From positions 5,344,202 through 5,408,201 of the forward strand of contig CM082588.2 in NCBI GenBank assembly GCA_040954595.2: DNA of 64,000 bases, read 5' to 3'. Below the pieces are notes generated by a model, which saw only the letters and a list, made by a program, of their open reading frames with translations, ran no database searches and had not been told where the DNA came from. Of this stretch, positions 24,201 to 58,400 are shown one piece after another; positions within the stretch are counted from its first letter, which is position 1, and the number at the start of each line of letters is the position of its first letter. The DNA is from Balanoglossus misakiensis (Eukaryota > Animalia > Hemichordata). The position numbers and the translations under genes are program-made.

Positions 24201-27200
24201 GAGGTCTTTGCCTCGATTATTGGCTGTTGTACCCCCCCCCCCCCCACACACACACACCAGTTTATTCGTGAACTGCACATCTAAACCCAGCAACGACTGA
24301 TGATTCTGCCACTTTAATACAGTGGCGAGTCGATGAACCAGACACGAAGTGATTGTCGGGAAGGGTGTTGTTTTTCGTCACGTTCCAGACTTTTGAATAG
24401 TGGGATTACAGCAGAGGCTGGATATCTTCTGTGCGCGTGGGGATTTGATCGATTTCGGTCGCTTTAATTAATTGTCATCCGGAAGACGGCGGTGACTGGT
24501 CGATATTTGTAAGAGTGTAATCACCAACATCAACAAAGTTCAACGCATTGCCTTTGTAGGCTTTCCTTTGTCACGAAATTCCAACATCACAGCTTTCGAC
24601 TAAAGCCGGCCAGCGTTGCTATATAGCAGTGACGCGTACGCGCAGGTAGAAGTTGCCATGGCACCGTGAACTGTATTAAACGCATGTCTAATATTAATAA
24701 GTATTTTGTGTATAAATCAACACATTCTCTTTAATTGCGTGTCTGCCGGTCTGTCAGTCTGTCTGGCTATTTCACTGACAAGCCTTTAATATTATTGAAG
24801 TCAATAATTTACCCATGAGTGGTCTGAAATGGAACTATAAACACCAACAGGAGCAGTAGTCTGTGTATTGTTTATAATCTTGCTTACATCTTGGAACAAA
24901 AACTGAAGGCATTAAATACAGCGTTGTGTAAACAGAACTGTTCCCCGTTTATCCTCGCCCTAAACTGAACTATATGTCACACCAGGTTTATTTGGAGCAC
25001 GGCACGGCACCGTGCATTGATCTTTACCCTGTGTAAAGGTAGCGTTTATAAACTAAAAGGTAGGAGATTCTTTACAAATGTTTGGCGTTCGGCTTTTTAA
25101 GTGTTTCAATATAAACGTTCAAAATCTAAAAGAAGTTATGTGTCACCATTAAAGCCACACGGTCGAATATTTACAATAGAGCGGAGATACAATGGTCTTC
25201 AATCAGTTGTTGGCTTATAAGAGAAATAGACGCCTAATCCTTTGAAATTGCAATTTTGTCGTGTTTACAAGAGCAACGGAATAATTTGTAACATAAATAT
25301 TCCTGTCAACACGAATTCGATTTACTAGAACCCTCTCCTCCTCCCTCGACTCTATCTCTTTGTCTCTCTCTGTCTCGACTGTATGGGACACATATCATCA
25401 AGGAATTTTTCCCACGCCGTCGGACAATATAAAAACTGGAGGGTTTCGTGAACAGCAGCGGCACTTCGATGAAAACAATCTGGAAAACGAGCGAGGTGTT
25501 GAAAACACCTACCATTTGTGTAGTGCGGGTGAACTTTAAGTCTATTAACTTATGAGAAAAAGACCAATAGAATGCAGTCAGCTTTGAGGTTCTCTCCGGA
25601 GGGTGCATTCTATTTTGTAATGAAGTGTACCACCACAGGTCATCATTTCCGCTAATCGAGTTTTGATGTTCTGAGGATGAGAGCACTTAGACCTACTCAA
25701 AGCCCTTACTGGGGCACCCAGCGCCCACGATATCATCCAATTAGCCAAATTAAATTGCTTTCTCTCTTAACACTTTGCATTTACCATTTATCAACCTTGT
25801 TTCCCAGGTGTGAAGTCAGGCGGGCCTGTAAATCATTTGAATAAAGATGGCCGCGCCGTACGTGTTATCCCGCTGCCATGACAACAGAGCTATGGCACGC
25901 TCCGTCCCTGATGAGTATTGAGTCTATGCCTGCCTGCCTGTCTTAGTCTATATCCCTGTCCACCTGCCCGTCCGCCTGCCTGCCTATCTATCTGTCTGCC
26001 TGTGTCACACATTCACACCACACGCACACTTCTTCTAGCGGTTGAAACGTTATAACGTTCTACAAGCCTGGCTTAATCTGTTTGGATACGAGCCAAACTC
26101 TCAGAAGGTACACCAACTGTTCTCTCACACATATCCCGTTTTTCATTATTTTGCCGTCAGGGGTGGATCATTCGGGCGACATGCGCTATAATCCCCGGCG
26201 CATTGTCCTCAATTAAAAGCTCTCCTCGCTCGGGTTACCCGTTATTTACAGAACAGCCCATAAATTATCAAGATGGATGATTAAATTTTCATACGTGGTG
26301 ACCCTGACATCCTCGGCAACAAATGTGTCGGTTTTGATGGACTATATACTCAAAACTCGGTGAAGTGATGTCGTCGCCAAATATGAAGGCCGATGCGGTG
26401 TGATATACGAAAGCGTTCAAATCATAAAGTTACGCTGTACTATACGCCGTCAGTACGTCGTCAATACACAGTAAATGCTTGCGACGTATGTGGTCCGAAT
26501 TAATACTAGGATTATTTTCTATTAAAAATAACTAGTTCCGGTTTTAATAATACATCTTTGGCAGAAATGTGCGGATTTCTGTACATGTTCGTAACTTTGA
26601 AATCTAAACTGCATTGAACGCGTCAGCGTGACTTGAAAAAGCGAGTCTTAATTGTTAACTTTTAATGAGAAATTATCATCGCATCGACTAAAAGTAAGAC
26701 TTTGTAAGCTAGAACCTTGAAAAATTTTGACTTTGTAGGCTGTATAACGTAAGAACCACGTTTTTCGGTAAGAACCACGATTTTTCGGTAAGAATCACGG
26801 CTATGCATGAAACTGCCTATCTAGGAACCTTGATGATATGAGAGAGCTATAGAGCGGTAATTGTTAATTTTTAATGAGAAATTATCATCGCATCGACTAA
26901 AATAAAGATTTTGTAAGCTAGAACCTTGAAATTTTTTGACTTTGTAGGCTGTATAACGTAAGAACCACGTTTTTCGGTAAGATATGGATGCCCTCAAACA
27001 CTGATCAATTAATTACATTCGACCCCAATTTACATGATAGCACCAAACAGATGCGCCGTGGGTCAATCGCGTCGTTCAACATGGCATATAGTCGAAATTA
27101 TTTTGCGTTTTCAATTATGAAACAGCAATTTAAAAACCACTAATCAAGCAACGCAAATGGACCCACCATCTGCGCCATTCGTTTTCACACAACAAGGGAA

Positions 27201-27394
27201 ATTTTAGTAAATGATATTACGCTTACCCGTTCTTCAGTCAGTATATGTGTAGCGATGCACACCTTCGCAAATGATCCCGAGCCGATAACGTGTCCCAGCA
27301 TGTAGCCCCCGACTTTCTTCTTTCTGTAAGATCTGCTGGGCAGCCTACGTCCAGAAATAATGTCATCCTCACAGAATGCTTCGTGTCCTGCCAT
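21015..27394 (-). CDS. HUNK: HUNK-like (hormonally up-regulated Neu-associated kinase; AMPK/MARK-related CAMK group) Ser/Thr kinase with UBA domain, 7 exons, ~767 aa
   Basis: Exons 27394-27227, 24085-23793, 23545-23490, 23365-23239, 23104-22980, 22670-21405 and 21283-21015 join in frame (2304 nt). Motifs [75 protein letters not shown]; these resemble HUNK as I recall it. Orthology versus a paralog is not established. Confidence 0.8.
21405..22670 (-). CDS. HUNK-like kinase exon 6 (kinase C-lobe end, UBA domain, disordered tail)
   Basis: ORF 21397..22659; [30 protein letters not shown], then UBA-like [38 protein letters not shown]; donor AGCG|gtgagt. Confidence 0.9.
22726..22904. mobile_element. 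179-bp Tc1/mariner (pogo/Tigger-like) MITE, TA TSD
   Basis: TA|CAGTCAAACCTGTCTATAGTGGCCA ... TGGCCACTAACACAGGTTTGACTG|TA; lies in kinase intron 5. Confidence 0.85.
22980..23104 (-). CDS. HUNK-like kinase exon 5
   Basis: ttacag|G...G|gtaaga; [41 protein letters not shown]. Confidence 0.9.
23239..23365 (-). CDS. HUNK-like kinase exon 4 (DFG to APE)
   Basis: ttcag|AT...AT|gtaagt; [43 protein letters not shown]. Confidence 0.92.
23490..23545 (-). CDS. HUNK-like kinase exon 3 (catalytic loop)
   Basis: tttag|G...G|gtaagg; (R)[18 protein letters not shown]. Confidence 0.92.
23793..24085 (-). CDS. HUNK-like kinase exon 2
   Basis: ctgcag|GTT...AG|gtcagg; VAIKVIDKK...HQADIIHR. Confidence 0.92.
24652..24665. 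promoter_or_regulatory. Candidate RFX X-box in kinase intron 1
   Basis: GTTGCCATGGCACC, a 13/14 match to the palindromic X-box GTTGCCATGGCAAC, in a CpG-rich patch. Confidence 0.35.
26649..26982 (+). repeat. ~125-bp direct repeat (two copies, offset 209 bp) with an internal ~19-bp mini-repeat
   Basis: TAATTGTTAA.TTTTAATGAGAAATTATCATCGCATCGACTAAAA...GTAAGAACCACGTTTTTCGGTAAGA at 26649 and 26858; GTAAGAACCACG(A)TTTTTCG is repeated at the end of the first copy. Confidence 0.85.
27227..27394 (-). CDS. HUNK-like kinase exon 1 (Gly-rich loop)
   Basis: aaaATGG start; [56 protein letters not shown]|gtaagc. Confidence 0.85.
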
Positions 27395-29258
27395 TTTTGG
27401 TCGGTCGGAGGCAGTGGAGAGATCAGGCCAGACAACAGCCACCGACAGGAATGATGGAATTTCTGAGGAGGGGCACCGCTGCCATTGTTGCGATGCCAGG
27501 AGACGGCGGCAGGTATAATTTCGACGGGGATTATCTGGTCTCGGTGGTGAATCAAGCCCGTGCAGAGTGTTTCTTTTCAGATTCGCGGAGACATATCGCG
27601 TTGCTGTCGCGGTGTTTTGGTGAGTGGTGATGTTGTTGTGGTCGCTGGCAGGTAAATCCACGCAGAGCGCACGAGTTTCCAGGAGGTCGTCTTTCAAAGC
27701 AGCCGCGCTCGTATAATACAACCGATGATGATGCTACCGGCAAGTCGCGAACACAAAGCCGGGCCCGTTATGGCATCTATCCATGTCAGCGTATAAGTCC
27801 AGATATTCGGTTACTGGCGTTTCTTGTTGTGTTTATCCGTAGTAAACGAACAGTAGCGCGTAGCTCAGGGGAGGATTTGCACGGAATCAATGGTAAATAT
27901 TGATTTGGAATGAGTTTCTCGTCTCTCCCGAAACAAACAACGCGAAGAACTGAAAGAAAGGGGCAATCCTTCATAATTATCATCGGCGGTCAAGCCGAAA
28001 AAAGGGCACGATGTTTTTTTAGTGGATACGATTATAGCGACGCTTGACATGCATCGAACTGGCTGTGTCGAAGTAACTGACTTATATTTTCTTGCAAAGT
28101 TTTCAAAATCCTTCCACTTCCGGCGCAAGTACAGCAGTTCGTTCAAGTTGAATTCGCACACAACAATCGATATTGTGTTCCTATAGTCAATGCGATTTGC
28201 ATGAAAACTGACCGCGATATAAACGTTTGGTGAACTTTTCACCCAACACTAAGTCTGGCGATCTAACTGTTCTTGTCGTCTGCACGCTTCGTGTGTTTTC
28301 TATGCCGCCCCTTTTAATTTTGATTCACGAGGGGGAAACGCCCACCTAGGCGGCCCAGTTTAAAGTCAATGAAAGTATAGAAACAGCTTTCTCTTATACG
28401 ATACCTGAATGAGCTGGTGAAGATGGCCTTGCCCCAATTTCAAATAACCAAAACGAACTGTCACACTGTGATTTAATTATGTAGTCTCTTCTATGAACTT
28501 CACATAGCTTGGGCGCTGCGGGTATGTAGTATGTACAGGATACATTGCTAAGACAACTAGAAGTGCCAAAAACACCAAAATGGCAATTGGCCGAAACTGC
28601 CGGCTTTGCAAAATGACTGAAAGTCAAGCGAACTTTACAAGTATACGCGTATGGTTAATTGTCGTCTGTATAACCACTACTGTCTTCGCATTCATACAAG
28701 AACTCATTCATACAAGAACTAACCAATGTGAGATTTATGAAGCGATGAGCGACAATGTGAAGATGGGCGTTTTTAAAGAGCTTTGTCTGCGTTTGAAAAG
28801 GTCCGAGCTGACTTTGACAGCTTGGGAAGAGTCTGTTGAAACAAATTGGTCGCTCTTTACGCGCGACAAACATTGATTGATAACCTTTCCATCCATTCAC
28901 ATTTATTAATTGTGTGCGAGTTCTTTCAAGACATTTACACTTTGAAAACACAATGATGTAGTAGTCAATACTTTACAAATAAACTGTAGAGTTCAGTAAG
29001 ACAGAGGAGTCATGAAAAGCGCCACCAACACTTCATAGTGTAATTTTTTCGTTTTTTCTTTCCGTTAACGCAAACTCCCCTCTTTTCAATGAATTTCTTT
29101 TTCCTGTGTTTGCTCTAACCCCCCGCCCTACTCCTCAAAATTAAGACGCTAATATTTCAATCAATAACTCCACACGCCCTATAACTGCATCACTTCTCAG
29201 ATATAAAGCAGAAAAACAAACCCTTTGACAAATTTACTTATCTAATGTATTTACAACT

Positions 29259-29264
29259 TTTATT
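29259..29264 (-). terminator. Candidate polyadenylation signal ending the ~3.3-kb 3' UTR of the SASH1-like gene
   Basis: AATAAA on the minus strand, followed by GT/T-rich gggtttgtttttctgc; coincides with the end of the CpG-poor domain. Confidence 0.45.
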
Positions 29265-32200
29265 CTGTAATACAATGCAAACAAAACTTGCAAAAACTTT
29301 CATAGGAAGGCATATAACGGGTGGAACTGATACAAGTAGCTATGATGGCAGACGTGGCCTCTATGTACAAAAGTACAGCCACCAATGGTTGCTAGGTGCC
29401 GCACCACTGTGGGCAAAACCAAAGACTTGCTCTCTGGGAAAAGTAAGGCGACGACAGCACCATCCCAACCGCAGTGGCGAGACATTGATCCTTTAATAAC
29501 TAGTGCAGTCGAAATGTTTATAAACAATGCTGTAAAACAACAGATTGCACTGACTAACGCTATGACTTGCAAATAAACACTAATATAAACACAGTACATA
29601 GATTAAGCATCTTTAGTACATAATAATTTGAATTAATATAACTCTGCTTAAATAAAATCTGACAATATTTGGCAGTGACACTTCTATACACTTTCCATCT
29701 CACCTGCCTCAACAAACAAACAGATCAGAATCTGATCACATTTTCGCTCGTCAAATACAAATTCTGTCTTGTAAACGAAATCACACACAGTACAGGCACT
29801 CAAACAGAGGTCTTACAACTGAGGCCCCTTGTGTTTTTTAAAGCACCAATATTGACATGAAAGTAGACAATTGTTTGTTACTCTTTTATAGTTTTGATGG
29901 AAAAGTCAGTATTCGACCAATAGCAGTGGCTGTGATGAAAACAGATACAGCTGATAATAGTCAGAGTGGACATCTTCAAGTTACATGAGGGCCCAACTTT
30001 TATCTCTCAATAATGTGATTTCAATAACGTAACTTCTCATCGCCAGCCTATAGCTGTCTTCCCTGTGACAGGAAAGTCCACTCTGCTGATAGGGGTGACA
30101 GGGTAACCGACTTCATGTCTTCTTTTTTGTAAAAATCACCACTGATCAATTTTCAAAAGCATCACAAACATTTTTGAAAGTAACCCGAAAAGGTTTTGCA
30201 TTTACATTTAGCAATAAAAATAACTCCATAAATTTACATAATCTGATTATGATATAAAGAATAATTCTAAAAAAGTTTAAACATAACATATGGGAAGCTG
30301 TTAAGTTTCCAAACAAATGTAAAGAAAATTTAGTTGCCCTTTATGCAACCATATAATCATTTAAAATATATTATAATTAAAATAATATTACAAAGGGAAC
30401 TTGAGGCAATTTATTAGTAATAAAAAGCACCAAATCTACTTTTTCAGCTATGCAACTATTAAATATGGCAACAAAATGGCCATTAAATTAAAAAAAACTT
30501 AAATATTAATTTACAAAGCAGTAAAGAATTTGCCTGCACATTTATATATTAACATGTACTTTTGGGACGAAAGCTCAACTTTTACTGAAATAAGAACAGA
30601 CATTTTTCGCATGGATTTGTCTATGGCTGTGAACTGCGTTGGAATACTGGCATGTTCCATTTTGATGCAAAATGGGGGTTGCCAGGATCACCCAAGCGGA
30701 GGGGATGCCTGGTTGCAGTTCTACTAAAAAAATGCCCTAATGCACAGCTCTTGTGCACGAACCAGCCTTGTGTACATCATCTCTGTCCAATTCACAGAGG
30801 TTAGGTCCAGACGTAACATTAACAAAGGATACACGATAAATGTATTTACCCCAGTAACAGCGAAAAGAAAATGCATCTTTTTACCACGATGGTGTGATTG
30901 AACAAGAAAGCACTGGTGTGGTTTCCTCTAACACATGACTGAGAAAAACGAACACTATTGAAAAAGTGTAGACCACAGCTTGACAACGTTTGCAGTTTCG
31001 CTACACAGTTGCTTAGAGACACTCAACAGGCGCGTACATTTCACGTGAAATGAGCGAGAACAGAACATGGCGGAATGTCAATTTCTCTTCCAAAGTACAA
31101 AAATACTGTATTGTAAAAACAATATTATGTCCTTTACAACTCATGGGTACAAAAATTGAAAGTTCTCGGGACCTGAGTAGTGATTTTATTTGCATATTGT
31201 CACCTTTCGACTGGTTCGAATTTCGAAAAATGGATCAACTGTGATGCTTTTTTCTACAGGAGGGTGAATTTCTGAAAATTATCTGCATGTACGATGCATA
31301 TATCAGAAGTGATCTGTGCTTGTGTGTGTGACTTCTCATCTTGGAAGACGGTCTTTCATTGGTTAAGGAACATGTCCGGTCCATGTTCAGTTACACTTCT
31401 AACGCTCCCTTTCATTGGATGACACATGTGAACTTGTCAATTATACTGGGCGCCATTGCAGCAAGACAGCTCACCACGATTGGCTGTTCAGTGTCATGTG
31501 ACAAATTTGACAAGCCAATCAAATAGCAAGTTCTCACGTCAACTGCTGCCACTTTTTGTCTGAGCATCTCTGATGACCAGAGCTGCCATCAAAGTCATCT
31601 TTGAGATTTTTTTCACCATGTCAAAATAGCATGTGTTATTTTCATCATCCTCGAAAAATACAGATGATTTCAAATAACAGAATACTTAACACCTGATGTC
31701 TGCGTTAGGTCATAGTTCCAGGTTTAGTTAACACATGTCAAATGCAACCTTGACCTCACAATGCACAGCCCCCTCTACAGGTGTCTTGACTCAAATTTTT
31801 ATCTGGAAAGAAAATCTTGTTTTCAGACAGTCATCCCAATTTACCACATATCTGTGCATGAGGTCTGCCCCTTTAAACGGGATAAAATAAAAGACGTGTT
31901 CTGAAAGTCTGTAACTTTTTAAAGTCTGTCCGTAAGTTGCTCTCAGAAAACCTCACGTTTCCCCTAAAAAGGGTTGAAACATTCAGTCACAAACAGAGCA
32001 TTTTTCTCAGAACAAGTGAAACCCCCACAGCCATCCGTAAATATATTATTACCTCACTGGGGTCACTGGTGCTGAGCCGACTGGCTCCATTAAGTCATTA
32101 TATCAGAGGGGTGAATGTCTTATCACACCCCACAAGTCTGTACTTTGTCTTGCAAAGTTCATTGTCTCTTATATACTTCCATTGCACTTGAAATCTCTCT

Positions 32201-32534
32201 CTGAAGTCTTCATAATCCAACTCGGTCAAAGTGTAGTAGACAGAGAAGAACATGGCACAACAATGTTCCATTCTTCTCAGACTTCTTAATTTTGACCAAA
32301 TTATTTCTTGTCGTAGATATAATTATTTTCTTACAAATGCTGAAACAAAGGGTCTTGGTATTCCCAAATTCTGTCCTTTTTACACGTATTTTGTACATAA
32401 CTGTGGTCCTTGGGAGATAAACATTTCCAGAATGCTGAATCTGTAAACATGTGCTTGGTCCGATTATTTCATCTACGATGAAGTTCCTTGTTTGTGTGCT
32501 TCTGTTACTACGGTGACAGCATCCAGCCTTCATT

Positions 32535-52421
<19,887 letters not shown>

Positions 52422-55400
52422 CTGCGGAGACAGCGAGAGAAAAGTTTCGCTTTTAACTATTTGAGAATGGTGTAAGAATGTTAATAATTGCGTTCTGATC
52501 CTTGTTTATCATTAAAAACTCCTGGCTTGTTGATATCACATCGTGAGTTGTCTCTACCAGCGAGAGTCGGTCCCCCAGACATCAGTTTACCCCGTGGCTA
52601 TAAGGCTGCAGTCATGACCCACAAAGTACACAGACGCAATTAGCATGCGAGTGGTATATCGCCGCGCAGTTGCCAGTTTTGCTTTCATTGGATGCAGATG
52701 CGCTTTCACTTTTCAAGAACTGGCAAGTGTTTTTCTGTGGTTTAAATTTGCAGAACTATTCATTCACACTTCATTGACTGTATGGGCAGAGATTTAGTAT
52801 ATGTCTGAGTGCACTATACGTACACTGGAGTGGGTAAATTCCGTTGAGTGAAATTTTTATTTGTTGTGAGCCCGCAAGTCGAGATGGCCCAAAATAGAAT
52901 ACAGAGGACGGGATGCACGGCTCGCTGCAAGTCAAGTTTCTGCAAGGGTTGATCGGTCGGTGAATTCTAACATGGAATATTTCAACTCCTGTGCAGCAGC
53001 TAGCTGACGTGCAATGTATAAGTCACGCATAGAGTTTAGAAGAATCCATCTATTGACTGGAAAGGGGAGTATGCGATGGGTATCTGTAGTCTGCAGGATA
53101 TTCTTACGACTTACGGCCAATTTGGCAACCAAATTGTGAAAGAATTATGACAGATTTGAAGTGAGGCAGTCTCGGTCGACCACTGGTGTGTGAAATTTGG
53201 AGATAATCTTCCAATCCAATCGCCCCGCCCCACCAAACAATTCACACAAGTGTGTGGTATATGGCAGCTACTGCCCCCATATCCCACATCAGTGAGGGAT
53301 CGCGTTTCAAGTTCATGATGAGCTTGGCAGAACACAGTGTCTTAAAATAGCAAACATGGTCACTAGATTGTTTTTCTTTCTGGAACTGGAAACATTCACC
53401 TTAGAAGATAAATACAAACACACTACTGAACTTCTGGTTCTTAGATTGAACCCAAGTACGGGGTCACATTACGGACATGTTGGGTTTTGACTTAGCATAA
53501 CCTTTTTGGAAGACTGTGTGGATATGCTTTTCCAGGTAGCCACATTGTGCATTATGAATAAGTTCCGAAAACACTAAGATTAACAAGTGCAATAAACAGA
53601 AAATATTAAGAAAAGCTGAAAAATCACAAATCGTTCAAAGTGGGTCCTGTCACTAAAACATTTCAACCTTTGATATTTAACTGCAGTCATCACTTGTGTG
53701 TTGTGAGCACACCATCACTCTTCACCCTCCGAGACTCCTTCAGAATATCTGACATTTTTCCACTCATAACTCCAATGCTGTCAAAATAGCCACTACAGGC
53801 TATGATTAATAGTATTACTCTGAGTAAAAATAAACACAAAATCCAAAATCGGAATCTTAACAGCGTATGAAGACATAAATTTAGAATTATGTTTACATAA
53901 ACTGGTGCATGACGTTCGTTCTATAGTGATGGTTAGGTACCATGGCAACAGGTGTTGACTTCTCCCAGGTCACGGAGATCATATACCAGTCTATCAATGA
54001 TGCAACCATCTGCAGACCTCATGTTTTTTAATTTTAAATCTGACATACCATTCATTACACATATTTGCGTGACTCTCTCTTTCTCTTTCTCTCTCTCAGG
54101 CAGCTTATCTTGGAGGTTTAATACTCCTGATTACTGTCTCTCAAAATATTTCTTGTATATGTTTCTTATTGAACTATTAATTATAAACTTTCCATTGACA
54201 AATCAAGATGCATTTCCCACCCACATGTTACCATGTCAACGGTCCACAGGAATTCTGACGCAGTAAGACCTTTTGACAGTATGTGGAGAATTTTTGTGAA
54301 TGGCCGATTGACAGTTGTATCCATATTATTTAATCAATCATTAACCTGTAATGTTTGCCAAGTGATATTAATGATTTTTTTACATATTCTAATGCCATAC
54401 TTTAACATAATAATCCCTTCATCTATGGTATCATGTCCCTCCTTGTATACATACAATATTTTCGGCACATGTTGACATTTTTTTCACGGGTGATACCTCT
54501 GTTACTGGGGCTTCAAAGTCGGACAAGGATGGCCAGCACAAATCAACGGTATCTCTTGAGTTCACTGTACATACCTCTGTCAAATATGCCCAGAAAAAGT
54601 CCCAGCCTGGTATCAGAATGGTATATTATCCTACACTGTCGTGCGTATCACCCCGGCACATGTACTATTACACTGGATATATTATTTCCTTCTTACACAA
54701 AAGACCACGTGTCAAAGTCACTCACTCAATGCACAGTTTTGCACACAGAACTAACCCCTGTGTTACTGATATCTGGTCTGTAACTCTGACTCATTGCCCA
54801 GTGTTGTAACTAATGGTACTAACTCGCAATTCACAAAACTTTCCCCCTTGTCTGACTTCCTGTCAATAGCGTAATTAACATTACGTACAATAGAAATCCA
54901 TCTATGACCTGGCCATTGGCTAAATTAAGTGCCTTTTCTTTGCTAACAATCAAATGCAAGAGTTCTATGGGACCAGGGATAGTGTAATGTGTTCAAACAA
55001 CAACTTTATACTGGTTCAAATTTCAGGTGAAAGTCGGACAAATCTAAAACTCTCTACGTACTTCAGATCAATGAAGTCCAGCTCTGGTCTAGCTGACACA
55101 GTGCCATGTTCATATTGGTTATTTTGAGCCAACTTAAAAGCTACATCTGTCAAGGGCTGAGGTAAATTGCCTGATATGAACCCTGCTAGTGTCATCAGGC
55201 GTACCAGTACATGTGTATATATCTCAGATGGCTGAATACACAGACAATCTCACCCACAAGTGCCATTAAAACACTGACCTGCTTAGGTCAGACTTTAAAA
55301 CTTTTACACAATAAACAGGATATTAGTTTCGCACCATAAACATCCATTGGAATCAAGACACCCATTTCAGACGGAAACGCCTGAAGCAGAAACAAAAGAA

Positions 55401-58400
55401 ACTGGAAGTCGATCCATCTCTACTGGACAATTTTCTGAAATCACAGAACGTGATTGACAGATGGTGTCAATTTGAGAAGCAAGAATAGCAAAAGTGTATA
55501 TAATAAAGCTATCATTATTAGCACATGAATTTATATTATATAAATCTTAGGCTCTATTTCCTGCATCTCTGGTGTAATTAAAGGGCTGGCTCAGTTCACA
55601 GTACACGGGCAAAAAACATTAAGATGTAAATACATACAGGGTTACAGATAATTCCTACTTAGCAGGGGATCATACGAAAGTAATAAAGAATTTATGGTAC
55701 TTATTACTGATAATATAACCAGCAGTTGCACTAGTGAGTGCAATGATTTTCCAAAGTTCAATAAGTCTGACTGTCTGATTGAACTTTTGATGCAAAATGA
55801 ATGATTTCACCAACAAACCTGGAAATCACCCACCTTGAATTTCAGTTGTGTTCGAGATATGGTCACACGTTGATTAAAAATTAAACAAGGAAATAAAACT
55901 TCATCCTTACATCAGGTGATGACATACCTGTTACAGTCGCAACAGGACTTTGGTCCAATACAATGAATGGTATTTCATGTGCAATGAGTTCTATTGGACA
56001 CAGGTTCAATGACTTGGCAATTTCGGTGAATGGGAAATCCCCCCAAAAGAACATCTCTATTCCACTGCCGTTTCTTCGGAACTGATGCATTGCTTTTGCT
56101 TAAATTGGTGTGGAAGGCAATGATATAATCACTCACAAGAAATAGAAACAGCTGCAACTTACTGATTTAGAAAGAAAAAAATTGATTCTACAGCCTTGAG
56201 ATACGAAAGTTCATCTCCAGATTGATTTTCCATTTTAATCTGCAGCAGCTGGCATGAAGGCCCTCAGTTCATCTGAAGTTGCAACCAACCACGGTGAACC
56301 CGGCCACCCACCATTGCCTAACTTTACTGCACAGAATTCAACAACTTTCGCAGATAAATTATGGACCACGATTTACAAGAATGGTCGACTGCTGTATTTT
56401 TTCAGAGAGCTGAAGAGCTGAAGGGCCTGTCATACCAGACTGTGAGCTTGTACCTGTACGGACAAATACAAGTTCAATCAAACTCTGCAATGGTATATAA
56501 AGTTTTATTTTGTGTCAAAGAAAATCTAAAAAATGACAATGTATAAGTGGTTTTGTTCTGAGTCACTCTGTGCTCTGTTCTTAAGATTTGTCCCTGGTTT
56601 TCTGTCCTTCAAACAAGCAAATAATGTATTCTTCTGGACCTTGCTGGATTACAAACCCCTAGGGGACTATTTGATCACTTTGTACATCATTAATAGAGTT
56701 GATTATAAGACCCCTCACAGGGGGGTACACACTCAACCTTCAAAGAATCATAACAAACTCAGGCCAGACAATCTTCGTATCTTTCAAGGTTGATACCTCA
56801 GGAGAGGAACGGATGTCTCCATGATAACATTATTGACAAAAAACGGACTTGTCAACTTTTTTCACACCTCCACTTGAAATTGAAGGGGTTTGTTTTTTCT
56901 CATCAAAATGGATTTGAGGACTGCATAATAGTTGCATACACTCTGGTGTCGCTGCTTTTATATGAGAACTTGACAGAGGTCCTATCATATCTAGTTTAAC
57001 GGATGGTTGAATAACATTTATCAATTTTCATCATCATTAGCAATGGACAAAAATAACTTCCCACAAGAAATGTCAAACGATGACAACCTCGATCAACCTC
57101 ATACAGCGCAAGTGGTAATATCATCATCAGCTAAAATTCTTATAACAGCAGTGGTCCAAACCATTACAAGCTCGGCAGTGAAAATAATTTTTATTTCCCC
57201 ATTAGACTCGTTTGGATGGAGCAGCAAATGAACCCAAAACACCATGGTACAGTCCGCCTAAGAATGACATGACAAGTGTTGTTTGTGCCTTGGATCTTAA
57301 TTTGTCATTCAGTATATACATAGTATAGTCTACTACTGTATGAGACCAGGGTAGACTAGAATCCTGTGTAATGTCTTGAGGTGAAGGGACAGGGTCTCCC
57401 AGGGTTATTCTGATTGGTTCATTCTTTCGTCAACTCCCTCTCCAAACAGGTGCACACAACAGGTGCACAAGTGCACACCAACGCAACCCTTTCCCATGTT
57501 TCGTTAATACTCTCACTGGCAACTTTGATAAATGATTTGGGAACTCCAGCAGCATTTCTGATACCCATTTATATACTGATAAATGCATTGATGTATCTCA
57601 GTCACTCAACACACTGGATATATCTTAGGGAATCCTGGTATTGACTGTGGATCTATCTAGAACCCTGGAAACAGTTCCAGTACCTGCGTACCCCCCTTCT
57701 CCAGTGTGGACTATTGAAATTGTTAAGACTTATATCAATCTGACACCAGTTATGTTAAGATTTCATTATTAATAGAGAATACGCAATACCAGTACATGAG
57801 ACATTGTTGTGATGCTTGTATCAAGTGGATTTGTTTATAACTACAGCACATGAATCATAATGTTGGCAGCTCTGGGCCAACTGAAGGAAACCTGATGATC
57901 AGACATTGTGTAAAAGCAATTAAACAAGCATTAAACAGTCACTGAACAATTTAAACCCTGACAAGAAATCCTAAGATGTTCAAGATGTTTCCTGACAAGG
58001 CACTGGTCTGAGAACTGAGACAATGGGCGTATTGTGTGATGTACAGGAATTGGGGGTGTCCGTGAGGTCGTAAATATATTGTAGCTGTGAGAATTATAGA
58101 TGGTAATGAAAATACTGATGGAGAGAGAGATCTGGCTTTGACAGGTTGCTAATCATGCCAATGGTATGTTTTCTGTCACCGCGGAAACAATGGGAATACA
58201 CCATTCAGGATTGGGGGAGGGGTGGTAGCTAGGATCTTCTTACTGTTTTGAAAGTGTTGATAAGCATTTAATTCAGGCAAAGAGGCTATCACACCATTAC
58301 AAGCAAATTCCTTGATTACTAAAGAATAAGGGTTTCCCTTCTTTTGCCACTCGAGAATAAAATTTACTAGCATCTCAAATGATCCAACGCTATAAATGGT

